Made by a program: the position numbers and the translations under genes. 64,000 bases of DNA from Calcarisporiella thermophila CBS 279.70 (lineage: Eukaryota; Fungi; Calcarisporiellomycota): NCBI RefSeq assembly GCF_041956535.1, contig NW_027192198.1, positions 628,714 through 692,713 of the forward strand. The letters run 5' to 3'. Positions 40,210 to 52,906 of the stretch are shown here, piece after piece. Position 1 is the stretch's first letter, and each line of letters opens with the position of its first letter. The notes beneath the pieces are model-generated. The model was given only the letters and a program-made list of their open reading frames with translations, ran no database searches and was not told the DNA's origin.

Positions 40210-42521
40210 CCTGGCGAGTATACACATCTTCTCTATGGTCATCCCGGATATACATTAGTATTACGTTTTATCTGAACATTTTGTCTCTTTTTTTTTATTT
40301 GAAAGATATTCACTCGCACTTCCCCTCTCTTTCCTTCCTCCCCCTCTTCTCTCTATAAGACGATGCACATCACATTTGCTCTCTTCGTTTTCCTTTTTTT
40401 TAATAATGATTTTTTCTATCTGGACTCTCAGCTATTTTTTTTCTTTATATATATTTTTTCTCTATTTTTGCTAGTTAGGCCATGAACCTGTATTTCCTTA
40501 TCGAACCTCCCCCCCTATTTTCACACTTGGCTCCCTTAAGCTGCTTTTTATTTTGTATGAACCCTTTTTCTTTTTCATCTTTTTTCTATTTTTTTTTTTT
40601 TGTAATTTATGTTTGGAATTTTCCTCTAAAGACTATTTTTCATGTCGCTTATATTTCCCTTCCCCCTTTTTATAATGAAATTGGTGTAATATATATACTA
40701 TTTTGAACATCATTATCATTCTTTTTTTTCTGCTTCATTGATGCTTGCTCTTGCTTATCTTTTTCGTTGCGGATATAGTGAGAACCAGATGCCATCGTAT
40801 ATTTTTCGCTTTTTATAAAAGCCACGTCTTTGCCGATACGAAAACTAGTCCAATTCGCATCGGCAGACAGTTTTTTTTTTCCTAAATACTTGATACAATT
40901 CACAATTACATCCCTCCTGAATATACAGAGCCAACTCTTCAATAAGAGTTAGTCCATTGGAGTAAAAACTACGATGGCTCTGTCGATTTAAAAGCTGACC
41001 AGACCAAAGAGCGGAGGAATCCGTTGCCCGATTAAGCATGGCCGAGGCTGAGGCCCTGCAGTCATCTAATAGGCTAGTTTGTTAAATTCTTTCTGAGCAC
41101 TTCAGGAATATCCGCATTCGACTGTGCTCTCGAAAAAGGGCGGATATCTTCGAACCACTGCCAAACCGTTAATTAGAGAGGAAACGCCTCCTATAGCGTG
41201 CTTGAGCTAAATTTGACCACCGCTTCCTTGTCGCCATCGAGTGCAGCGACGGCCGAAGACCGCACTGAATCATCAAAGTATACTCATGAGTCAATCCAAT
41301 TCGAAACCTTAAATCTTTATTAAAGCCGAAGTGGGGTGATGAAGGTTCTGCCATTAATCCCCCTCGCAGGCCTAAATCAGTCAAGGAATTGGGCAGAGAT
41401 GAAACTCTAAAAACGCTATGGGCCCTTGCTTTGAAAGAATCCAGCATTGCTTGCGGGGCGAACGGTTTGCCAAATGCCTCTCTGGACGCGACCGCTATTC
41501 GTTCGACGCCCTGTGGAGGTTAGGCCGTGTTCGACCAGAACGCTGCTAGTTCTATGCGGCCCACATTCTCCGCGCGGATTCCTTCTCTCTCGTTGGTAAC
41601 AAGGCTTCCATCTAGTTCTCCGGTGTCCCTTCCAAGTCCTCCACACACACCCCCTCGACTCCAAAACTAAGCAATATTGTGCGCCCAAACCGAATCCAAT
41701 GCCTGGCAAAAATGACGCTTCCCTAGCGTATTCCGAATTCCGAATGACATCAAGCCAAATAGTGCGAAAACAGCAAGGACACATGTGGTTGTTTCCAGCG
41801 GGATTCGGAGCCCCGAGAGAGGGTAGCAATGCCCGCGGCCTCCCATTCGAGGGTATTTTTGCAGCGACATTCTAAATAGAGGGCGAACCGAGCAATAAGG
41901 AATTAATTTCATTTCTCCCTCCCGAGTGGTACGCTGGAACACGACGGGAATTCTTTGGTGCCACTTCAAGCCTTCCCCTCCAGCCATAATGAAGCCATGA
42001 TTGAAACATGCCAAAATTATCTCCTAGTGTCAATTTGCAAGAATGGTCCGGCCGACTCTCCCCCTCTGCCAATCTATTCTCCTAGCGCTGGTACCTGAGC
42101 GCTAAAAGCCTCCGACGGGAAAACCCTTAGAGCAAACAGGTCAAGCTCTCCGGCCGCCCAAGCAGCAGTGCTTTGAATCAATTTTAGGTTTATAGTTTGT
42201 TAACGCGCGACTGCGTCCGGATCCCTCCAACCCACCCGCACCGCGAAAGCGGAGGGAGCAGGGGGCAGTCGGGCAGAGCTCAGCGAGCAGAGCGGCCTCT
42301 GCCCGCAGTCACCGTCAAGATCTTACGATTTTGTCCGGCCGAGTGGGGATAAGTTTCAGCGGCCTCTGCAGGAGTTCGAGAGCTAAAAATACGTGGTGCT
42401 CCATGTGACTGGTCAAGTTCAACTAGTGAGCAGGCTGTTTTCCAAATATCGAATGGTGGCCAACGAAATAAAAAAAATCTCCAAAGTGGCTGTGGTTAAA
42501 AAAAGAGGAAGTGGTGCACTC

Positions 42522-42529
42522 TATATAAA
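42522..42529 (+). promoter_or_regulatory. TATA box of the copper radical oxidase gene
   Basis: TATATAAA about 70 nt upstream of ATG 42595. Confidence 0.55.
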
Positions 42530-42594
42530 GAACAGGGAGGAAGCTTGGTTTCCTCTCCTGCACTTCTCTTCATCGGTGATTTATTTCGATCGAA

Positions 42595-44438
42595 ATGAGA
42601 GTATCGCTCGCTCTCTCCCTGGTTCTGGCCGTTGCTGGGACCCTTTGTGCGGCCCAGAAGGGCGGCAAATGGAAGGTCATCGGCCGCTCAGGTACCGAGT
42701 CCTGGTCTTGGATTGTTTATTTTTTAATTTGAGATTGAGTTTGTCGAGTAACCATAATGTGCGTATTCCTTTTTAACTCATTCAAGGTGTCCCTGCTATG
42801 CATGCTGTCTTGACAACGGCTAACAAGATAGTCATTGTGGACAAAGGTATATACTGCTCGCCTGTATTTTCTTGTTTTTTTTTTCTTTTTTGCTTACCTC
42901 TATTTTTTTTTTGTTTGTTGGTTCCCAAATCAGCCGAGCCCTCCGAGCTTACTTTTGATGACGGCACCTATGCATGGGCCAGCGAATACGACCTCACTAC
43001 CAATACGGCGCGTCCATTGCGTCTCCTGACGAACACCTTCTGCAGTGCCGGCGCTTTTCTCGGCAATGGGACCCTGTTAGAAATGGGCGGGGATATCCGA
43101 TTCCGCGACCCTACTTTCCCAGCCGATGTGGGATTCCAGTCCATTCGAGCGTTCCATCCCTGTGAGTATTGGCCCGATGGCTTGTTGGAACGGCGCCATT
43201 GGAAATGGGGTTTACTGACCGGTGTTCTTTTCTCTCTAGGTGACGACAACACGTGCGAGTTCATCGAGAATCCGGGTGGCATCCATATGAGCAGTAACCG
43301 CTGGTACCCGGCCATGCTGACCCTGCCGGATGGCCGTGTCATGGTGGCAGGTGGCTCCACCAAGGGCCAAGGCGCGGTCGCAGCCCAGTACAACAATCCG
43401 ACGTACGAAATTTTCCCCCGCAAGGAGGGAGAGGCCCTCAACTATGAAATGCCCATCCTGCGCACCACCATCCCCAACAACCTGTACCCGCAGATCTACG
43501 TATTGCCGACTGGAAACCTCTTCGTGCTGTCGAACCGCGACGCGGTCATCTACGACTACATTCGCCATCGCACCGTAAAGCAGCTACCAAAGGTGCCCGG
43601 CGTCCCTCGGACATACCCGTTGACGGGAAGTTCGGTGATGCTGCCCCTGGACCCGGCGAAGGACTACGAGCCCGAGATCCTCGTATGTGGGGGCTCGGAG
43701 GAGATGGACCGTTTCAAGCCCGCCGACAACACCTGTGTCCGCATCCGGCCGCTGGCCGAGGACCCGGAGTGGCGCATAGAGGACATGCCCAACCGCCGCA
43801 CAATGCCCGACATGGTTCTGCTGCCGCAGGGTAACGTGCTGATCGTCAATGGCGCCGCAGAAGGCTTTGCCGGGTACAGCAACGCCAAACTTCCCCAGCT
43901 CGTCCCGCTCCTGTACGAGCCGGACCAGGAGGAGGGCAAGCGCTTTTCGCTCTTGACCCCGAGCGACGTACCAAGGATCTACCACAGCGTGGCCATGCTC
44001 CTGCCCGATGGCCGCGTCTGGGTGGCGGGCTCAAATCCCCACAGCCGCATTTCCCGCGAGACAGAGTTCCGTGTTGAATCCTACACCCCCGACTATCTCC
44101 TCTCCAACAAGCCCCGCGCCACCATCACCGAATGCCCCACGGAGATCACGTACGACCAAGAGTTCGACCTCACCCTCGACCTCGGCTTCAATCCCCAGAG
44201 TGCCGACGAGGTCAATGACATTCGAGTGTTCATCGCCCATCTCGGATTTGTGACTCACTCGACCCACATGGGTCAGCGGCATGTGTTGATGCGCTATCAA
44301 GTGAAGAACGTGGACCGCACCATGACCCTGACCACCCGGTCCCCACCCAACCCGAATCTCTTCCCTCCGGGTAAACACTGGCTGTACGTGGTCGTCAACG
44401 GAGTACCAGCCGTCGCCAAACATGTCTGGATCCACTAG
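42595..44438 (+). CDS. Secreted copper radical oxidase (glyoxal oxidase-like, AA5_1)
   Basis: Signal peptide MRVSLALSLVLAVAGTLCAAQ. FCSAG (Cys), RWYP (Tyr), RIYHS (Tyr-His) and FVTHS (His) give a full Cu/Cys-Tyr site. Three introns. Confidence 0.95.
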
Positions 44439-45148
44439 TCAGCCCTACCTTCCCTTCTCCCCCTGCCCTCCCCACCCTATTACCTAAGTAATATCTTACC
44501 CCATCTGCTTTATATACATATAAAAAAAAGAGAGAACTCCCATTCCTTTTGCCCCAAAATATATCCTAAACTAAAAGTAATTCCTGGTCTTGTTTTTTTT
44601 TTTCCTATAATAATTTCGACCCATAAATCATACTAGTTATATTCTCTGTATTAAATTTTTTCGATATCTATTTACTGTTATGTTGCTTATGTTTATTGAG
44701 TTTTTTTTTGTTTACCTTTTTTTTTTTTTTAATTTTGCCTCGTCTAAACTTGGTGTCGGAACAAGCATCCCTCGAGAGCAAAGTAGTTCTTATACCTTTT
44801 TAAATTTCATGGATATACACTTCAATTTCTCTATATAATTTTTTTTTTCTTATCGTGTTCTTGGTTGCAACGATGCAATAAATTTATTTTATGTATCCAA
44901 TTACGCTTCTAATGACTCTTTCTTCGGGTGCAGAAGAAACAAGAAGGTATAAAAATACTATAGCACTACTAGAGAATTGGAGAATAATATTACAAACATA
45001 TTTTGCCAATGAAAATGGTAGAGAACGGTCAAACCGTGGAAGAGGGCCTCCTAGAGGCGTTTTCAAATATCAACACAATCGATCCATAATTTCTAGCGCA
45101 CATCATTATTGCTCCTCTTACCCCCCCTCCCCCCCTCCTCCTTCTGCT

Positions 45149-48100
45149 CTAATCCTCCTCCTCTTCCTCCACCCCCTCCACCTCCTCTGCATTTCCTGCC
45201 TGCAAATAACGCTCATCACCCCGGAAGAGATAGAGCAAGTCATTCAAGGACAGCCGCGTAATCTTCTTTCCTTTGCCCTCGCCAAGAGCCCCATCGAATA
45301 TCATCTGCTTCTTCTCCTGGAGCTTCAAGATCCGCTCCTCAACTGTGTTCGCAATGGTCAAGCGCGTCACCGTGACGTTTTTGTGCTGGCCAATCCGGTG
45401 CACCCGGTCAATCGCTTGGTGCTCCAGGGCCGGATTCCACCACAGGTCCATAATGATGACCCGGTTGGCACAGCACAGATTCAGGCCCAACGACCCGCAT
45501 TTCATACTCACAAGCATCACGTTGACATCCTTGGAGATAGAGAATCGTGCCACGGACTCGCTCCGCTCATCCACCGACATGGTGCCATCGTAGCGTGCAA
45601 ATTTATACCCATGTCTAAGGAGAGGCTCTTCGAGAATGTCGAGCTATATAAAAGAGAAGGGGGAGGTTAGACGACCTGCGAAGAGTGCGTCATAAGGGAC
45701 CATTCTAAAACATACAAATCCAGTAAACTGCGAGAAAACGATGGTTTTGTCTTCGGGGGCCTCACTACGCCACTTGTCCAAGGTTTCGAGTAGCTTGTCA
45801 ATCTTGGTGGACGAAGGGAACTCTGGCTCAGAGGACTATTCAATGCCAGTAGATATAACAAAATTGCACACCAACGAGGAAATAAAACAAAAGTGTATAA
45901 ACTCACGTTAACTTCACCCGAAAACCCAAATTTCTCCAAAGTATTTTGTCCCATGGCTCTTGATTTTGTTCTCCCCCTGGCCCTTCCCTTGCCTTTATCA
46001 ACCGCCTTTCCTTTCTCCTCTTTTTTCACTTTGGTGTTCGTTGAGGGGCCACGAGTCGTTGAGGGTCCCGCAAAATCGTCATCTGTTGTACTCACATCGT
46101 CCTCATCGGCATTATCCAGCTTGCTCGGGCCAGCCTCGTCAAGCCCATTGGCCTTTAGATGAAGCTCATTCAACTCGGACAGGGATTCTGACTCCGCCTC
46201 GGCCTGGGGCACAACGTGGATGGATTTGAAGAGTTCTATCGATGCAATGGTGTCAATATCAAGATGGCCGCTAGAATCAAAGGCAAGTATTAGCCCAGTC
46301 CATTGGATTATATAGAGCTTGAGGAAAAGGTATACCGGCATGAGGGGCATGTCTTTTCCGGTTCCCCACTCGAAAAAGCGGTGTTGAAATAGTCTAAACA
46401 TAAAAAAGCAAGCACAGTCCAGTTCAGCGATGTCCATCCACACCAGGTTAGGCGCAAACACTTTACCTAGGATACACTCTCGACAAAAGATGTGCCCGCA
46501 CTTCGGAAGAAAATGCCCGTTTTGGGCCGCATCCATGCATATTGGGCACTCAAGGCTCTCCTCGAGCTGGGATATTAGCCGCCGAACCACTTCTTTGTCC
46601 ATATTCTGCACAAGTTGCCGACGACGCTCCTCCAGGGCCTCGCCATCCATTCCCGAAGCATGGTGGCCATCAAGGAGACCCGCAGGCACGACGCACTCAT
46701 CCTCGGGAACGAGATGAGGATGAAGTACGGCTTGGCGAAGACGCAAGAGGAGAAGAAGGATCTGCAAAGGGGGGCCGAGTTATTCCGTAAAAATCTTCAT
46801 CCATTTCAATTGGGTGCCAGTGCGAAAGACTTACATTTGTATAGTTGCGCATCACTGTTCCAGCTTTCACGTATTTCTCAAAGTTAAGCCGCGACTGCTT
46901 CTCCAACGAGTCGTAAAAATCACGCTCTTCCGGAGTGAACTCATCCTGCTGCAATGTGACCTCCTTTGTCGGCAAAACAAGAATAGGCTTGCCATTGATC
47001 TTGTCTGATTTACGCCGACGCAGGAGCATCGTCTTCAGGACCGCTTGCACACGAGTGAAGGCCACCTTTTCTCGTCGGCTAGAGGGATCAACAAAAAGAC
47101 CCAACTGTCAGTCTGCTTGCATCGATAACGAAGAGCCTTTTCTTCAATTCTCACCTTTTCATCGGCTGCAGGATCTGGGTGCGGAAATTATCCCACTCAC
47201 ACATGGGTCTGATGCGCAGGAAATGGAATAGAGAAAATCTACCAAAATAGCATCCAAGCGGTTGTGTTTAGGCAAAAGGAGCCAGGGTAGGTTTAGGCTG
47301 GAAAAAAATGGAGAGAATACTCACAGCTCCTCTAGGTTGTTCTGTAGCGGGGTTGCCGACAAGCACCAGCGATGCTCCGCTTCCAGTTCGTAGCACCCTT
47401 TTGCGCTCCGTGTATTTCGGTTTTTTATCTGCTGAGCCTCGTCTAAAATGATGCGGAAAAACTTGACTTTGGCGAGAGTCCCAGGGCCACGGACCATGAC
47501 TCGCTCGCCCTTCTCATTCGGCTTGTATATAGGTGTTTCCATCTGTACAACCGAATACGAGGTGATGACAACTGGAGAAGTAAATGTGGCTCGTCAGTCT
47601 TTCGATGATATGTGTTTCAGTATTTTTTTTTCAAACTTCACGTACCATCATAGCGACGTAAATCGGCGGGATTCTTGGTGCGTTTTGGGCCGTAGTGCAC
47701 CCCAACACGGAGCTTACCGGGCTGGATCTTGCTCGAAAACTCAAGCTCCCACTGGCGTACCAGCGACACCGCTGTCACAACTAGGGTCACATGCGGCGAA
47801 TCTTCAGGAGGCGGGCGAGCAAGTATCAATGCCATGCTCTGAATGGTTTTGCCGAGACCCATGTCATCGGCAAGGATTCCACCCTTGAGATTATTCGTCT
47901 CCTCCTTTTTCACCATCCATGCCAGGCCAACCTTTTGATGTTCCAGTAAGGGCGGGATTAGTCCATCTGGCACTCCAGTACGATCCTAAGTCAACATAAA
48001 AATATGGGTCACCCCTCCCCAACCGAGAGCAATGAAATAAAATCTAAAAAGTAAACTTACAGCAGCGTCTAGCTCCTCATCAAAATTGGCCTGCTCCAGC

Positions 48101-49651
48101 AGCTTTTTAAGTTCAGCGTCCACTTCATGTCGTGTCAATCGAATTGGTGGTGCATACATCTCAGCTCGATATTCGGATGTTCCAAGTGTGTATCCGCCAC
48201 CCCATCCGCCACCCCATCTCTCGGTCTTGAAGTGGGGCGAGTGGAAGGCGGGGATCTCGTACACATCCTCGCCAGAGCGGTATTTTATCTCCTCTACGTC
48301 CGACGAATCTGACCAATACTCGCGTTCATAATAGTCCTGTGATCTATAGTGCAGGGAAGAGGACGAGGACGATGGGCCAGGCATTGGGTGCTCACGGTGA
48401 TGCATGAACATAGGAAGCGAAGCGTCGATCGCATTGGAAATACTTGGAATTGCAAAAGGATTCCGTTTAAGTGTATCCTGGGTGAGGGGGTGTGAGGAGG
48501 GGTTGGAGGTGAGATCAATCACGTCAGACTCATTGGGCGATGCGGAGCCGGAAGTGGTAAGATCAATAATGGAAAAGGTAGTAGTGGAATCACTGTCGCC
48601 GTCAAGCACTACGGTTGGGCTCTCGGCCTTTGGTATTGCTAGGTTCCCAGAATGCGATTCGGCAAAAGTTGCGAAAGGCGAAGGGTTGGAATTGAATTTC
48701 CCTGAACTGTCGTCGTCAAGCACTACGGTTGGGTGCTCAACCTTTGGTATTGCTAGAGTCGCAGAATTTGAATCGGCAAAAGATGCGAAAGGTGAAGGAT
48801 TGGAGTTGTATTTCCTTGAGGACGAAAAAAAAGGGCTCGTTGAAGACATTTTATCGAGACGTGATGTATGAGACGATGTTGGGGAGTGGTTCGTCGATGC
48901 TGAGTCTCTGTACGATATGGAATTCTTGAGATTTGAAGGTATGACAAAGGGCTTTTGCTTTTGTGAGGGTTGGTTGTCAGAGTGCTTAGAGTTAGAGCTC
49001 TCACTATTGAATCCGGTGGTGTTTTTCCAGAATTGCTGCAGTACACCTTGGGATTTCTTCACTGAGCCAGGTGCTCTCTCGCGATGCAGACCATCATTGC
49101 CATTGATGGATGCGCCCTTTGGGAAGCTTCCGGGCATGGATATTTCTGATTTTTTCGAAATGGCGTGTTCGCTGGAATTCTTAAATGACCCATTCACCCC
49201 AGCTGGCTTCAACTGCGGATATTTTAGTGCAGAACTGGATGCTGATCCTAATTCCGATTTCGAACTTGGCAGAGCCGCCGAGGACAGCGAAGGCTTTATG
49301 GCCCCCACTTGTACCAGTTTAGCTAATGCCTCATCCTTTTTGAGCTCTTCAATTTTCTGCTCATGTTGTTGGATGAGTTCTAGTGCATTTTCTCCATTGA
49401 GCTCGATCGCAAGTCGACGTGCTAACTCCTCATCCGACAATTCTTGGCTATCTAATCGCGTGCGTTTCGAGTCGTTATCTGAGCTCTCCGCCGGTGAACC
49501 CTCTACTTTTCGTTTATTATTATTATTCCTATCATCAAGAAGTTAGCGTTTGTCGAAAAGTGTAGAGAACAAAGGTCCGATGTGTGATTTGACTCAATAC
49601 ACACAAAAATGAAATGCGGCTTACATTAGAGCTAGTGATCTGATTAGCCAT
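45149..49651 (-). CDS. SNF2-family ATPase with RING finger (Rad5/16 group, Uls1/Ris1-like SUMO-targeted)
   Basis: GGILADDMGLGKT, ILDEAQ.IKN, LSATPLQN, LLRLRQ, RING CPIC..CGHIFCREC, GLNLCCAN, QAIDRVHRIGQ. SIM-like VVLDDD, IIDLT, VIDLT in the N-terminus. Confidence 0.93.
48597..48814 (-). repeat. Two-copy 114-bp coding tandem duplication
   Basis: KYNSNPSPFASFADSNSATLAIPKVEHPTVVLDDDS versus KFNSNPSPFATFAESHSGNLAIPKAESPTVVLDGDS. Confidence 0.95.
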
Positions 49652-50015
49652 TGATGATCATGAGAGTCTAAACTGGCACTGCCCAATGAGAGTAGTTGAA
49701 TGGGTGCAGGTCTCTATCCTTGATGTATAAGAAAACGGAGGAGTTGACGATAAACGGGTAATACTGTAGTCACAGAAGTGTGACGTTTAATATTGATTAT
49801 CGAAAATGGAAACTATATTTTTATTTTTCTTCGAAATGTCGAGATTAAATACGGTATCGCAGGTGAAAAAGCTTGTGTGAGCACAAAAGTTTAGATTCTT
49901 TTATGGCAAGCTGCAATCAACAAGCTTATCCCATTGAGACTTCACTTGACCAGGCGCTGATCCAGCAATACGCTAAACTAAGTCCTTTTTTACCCACTTT
50001 ATCATTCGTTTGATA

Positions 50016-52410
50016 TCAGCCTACCACCTCGATGCCCCAGAAGCCGCCCCCCTCGACCGCATACCATTCTGCCTCCTTGCTAAACTCTGCCCCAATAACC
50101 GCAACTTTCTCAGGTTTTACCTCCTCCTCCCATCCACAGCATATTACTGCACGACTGGAGCGAATCTTCCGCTGCGCCCACTCTACTTCAATTTTCATTG
50201 CTTTATCCTCGACTTTCTCGAGTCTTAGTTCGGCGATCTCAGTTCCCGGGAAAACATGCCCAATTGATCCAAAAAAGGCGTCCGAGCGATACAGGTGAAG
50301 AAAAGTGACGGTCTGATGGGGGACGAGAACAATGGTTTTCCAGGAAGAACATAGCGCTTTCTTAGACTTGGCTCGTCTCCCTCTGGTCCATTGCCCTCAA
50401 ACGTTGTAGCCGCCCGGAAATACAGCACAGGTTGCATGCTTTCTTCTACCGTTTCCGAACCATCGCCAAAAGCTTCGAATACCGCCCCAGGTAAATCAAA
50501 CTGTACCTCTGTGTCTGACAGATTTGAATGTGTAGTATATCGTCTCTGCCCTATCGCGTATTCGATTACCCAAAAATCCCGCCAGAGCTCATACACATTG
50601 GAGAGCAATATTCGTGCTTTGGGAAAAATGGAAGCAAGAGCTCGGTGCTGAGTAAGCGTGTACTCGCTTATGGGATCCGCGGTTAGGATTAAACTGCCGA
50701 GTAGGTTGGAGAGTAGGAGGTGTGTATGGTATTCGTGCAGCGAAAGACCGCTGTCGGTCATGGATATCAGTCCGGGCTCGATTCCATACGCTTCACCAGA
50801 AAGTTGCCACTTCTGCAGCAAGTTGCGCATCAATTCAATGGAAAAACGGCACGTATCCTCTTTAGCACTCCCCTCACTTTTTTTGACTCCATTTTCGATG
50901 CTCCAGTAATGAAATTTTCCAACTCCTGTTAGAAGAGGAGCTCCACTACCCATAAGCAACCGGTGTTCACCTACAGCGTTCCTTACAAAATCTACCACTT
51001 CGTCAAGTATTTGTGCTCGGGACCGCCCCAGTCTTGCAATTGGAGACGCATCTGTGAGATCCACGTGCACTAGGTCAAATTTCCACTGCGTTAATAATGT
51101 ATCGAAAACAGAGAGAAGATAGTCCTGGAATTGTGGGTTATAAAAATCGAGGAGATAGTGCTGGGATGTAGTTTGCACCATGGAGCCTGAGGAGTTTAGA
51201 ACAACCCAGTCAGGTTGGAGCTGAAAGAGGCGTCTAGAAATAAATGGGTGTTGGTATTAAGCAAAAGTCAGATGTCAAACAAGCGTGTATTGCAACTACA
51301 TACGATTCAGAAGAGACTGCAAGAGGCGATATCCGGATAGCAGCCTTATATCCGAACTCCTTAATCCTGTGCACGAGCTCGGCCATTCCGCTAGGGAATC
51401 GGTTAGGGTCTATCAAGATCCAATCTCCGTACGCATGTTGGTATCTAGGAGAAAGGCCGGTAGTTACAATATGTAAACAACCGACGAGCAGAGGGCGTCT
51501 GAATATGGTTGAGAATCTTACCCAACATCGATCATGAAATAATCCATTGGAAAACGCTGCCTGCTTAAGGCCTCTAAAGTCTCGACAATAGACTTCTCGT
51601 TTACCTTTTCGCCCAAATTCCGACTCGTCCATCCTATCGCATGTTCCCCAACTGTTCTCGGGCTTCCTCCAAACTCTTGCAAGTATCTCATAATTGCAGG
51701 GCGCTCGCTCCCCTCCAGTACCAGTACTTGTATTAAATCTTGTTTTTTCTGTGCGTTAATCATCAACCCGGAGATATCCTTCATAATGGTAAGCCGCGAG
51801 TGGGTAAGATATGATTTAAAGGTGGTATATCCAGAAGTTTCAGAAATAGAACCAAGAAAGAGAATGTGAGGATTGGAAGATCCAATGCCTTGACCTTCTC
51901 GAAAATAGACATATCCCTGAGAAATGAGCTCATCGTGTTTAGAAGGCACTTGGGTTTTAAAGAAAAGAAAACTCTTCTGCTCGGGCTCTTCTTTCCACTC
52001 TCCGGCTAAAAGCAAATTTTACCAACATGAAGAAAAAAATCAGGTATTCTCTTTTACTGACCTAACACCTGTTTCCCCTTTAAATATACCAGGTAGTCAA
52101 CCTCGAATATCTCCATTTCGACACTGCATTGAGAAAAAGCAGAGAATGTCAACAGCATGCCTTCGAAATTTTCTCCCCGCAGCTCATCCATCGAAACTGA
52201 AATTTCGAGTTCTCCGCCCCCATTAAAGGGTGAATCGGGTGTGACCATGCCTTGGAAATGCCGATGGGCATCTCGAGGGAGTAAAGGATCGGAGAGGAAA
52301 AAACTTGTGCTGCCTAGAGAGGAGGGATCATCAAGCCATGGAGTAGGTTTATATTTAACGTTAACAATGGGCTCGATGACGCGGAAAGTGTGGGCATTAA
52401 AGGAGCGCAT
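50016..52410 (-). CDS. GH36/melibiase-like alpha-galactosidase homologue with degenerate active site and an apparent 1-nt frameshift near 50337
   Basis: IGWTS, YFMIDVGYQ..YGDW...RFPSGM..L...IKEFGYK, PDWV, LDFYNP..QDYL..VF, FDLVHVD, LMGSGAPL. Three introns splice in frame. The C-terminal domain continues in another frame to the stop at 50016. Confidence 0.8.
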
Positions 52411-52617
52411 TTTGAGTAAAAAATAAAAAGATGGAAGTGTAGTTGAGTGGCAAAAAGTAAAAAAGAAAAATTAGACCCGAAATGCGGCTGAAGATGAGGC
52501 TGAAATCCATCTGATATTTTTTTAGAGCACCAATATCGATTTCTCAGAGTACTATTAAAGTCGAGTTTGGAAGGGTTACGAAGCTAAATTCCTACGCTAA
52601 ACGAACGGATTCTCGCA

Positions 52618-52906
52618 ATGTCCAGGGGCGGCGTAACAGAACACACCCGATTCCAAAATAAAGAATCGACGCTCTTCGTAGATCCTTGTACGGCAGAGAC
52701 AAAGGCAAGCATGCAATGTTTAGATGACAATAATTATGATCGGTCCAAATGCGAGGAATATTTTAAACAGTATCGCGATTGTAAAAAGCGTTGGGTAATT
52801 GACACAATCTGTGCGGATGCTGTAGATGGAGTAATAATGCCTATGCCTTAAAAAATTATTTTAGTTCGAGGAGCGACGGCGGCTAAAACGCGAGGGAAAA
52901 ATATAA
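52618..52906 (+). CDS. COX23: Cytochrome c oxidase assembly factor (twin CX9C)
   Basis: DPCTAETKASMQCLDDNNYDRSKCEEYFKQYRDCKKRW, then an intron to FEERRRLKREGKI*. Confidence 0.93.

Noticed and set aside
40900-42400. Short ORFs in the YTH-AA5 intergenic region
   Set aside because: No motifs, no consistent splice structure, and mostly non-ATG starts.
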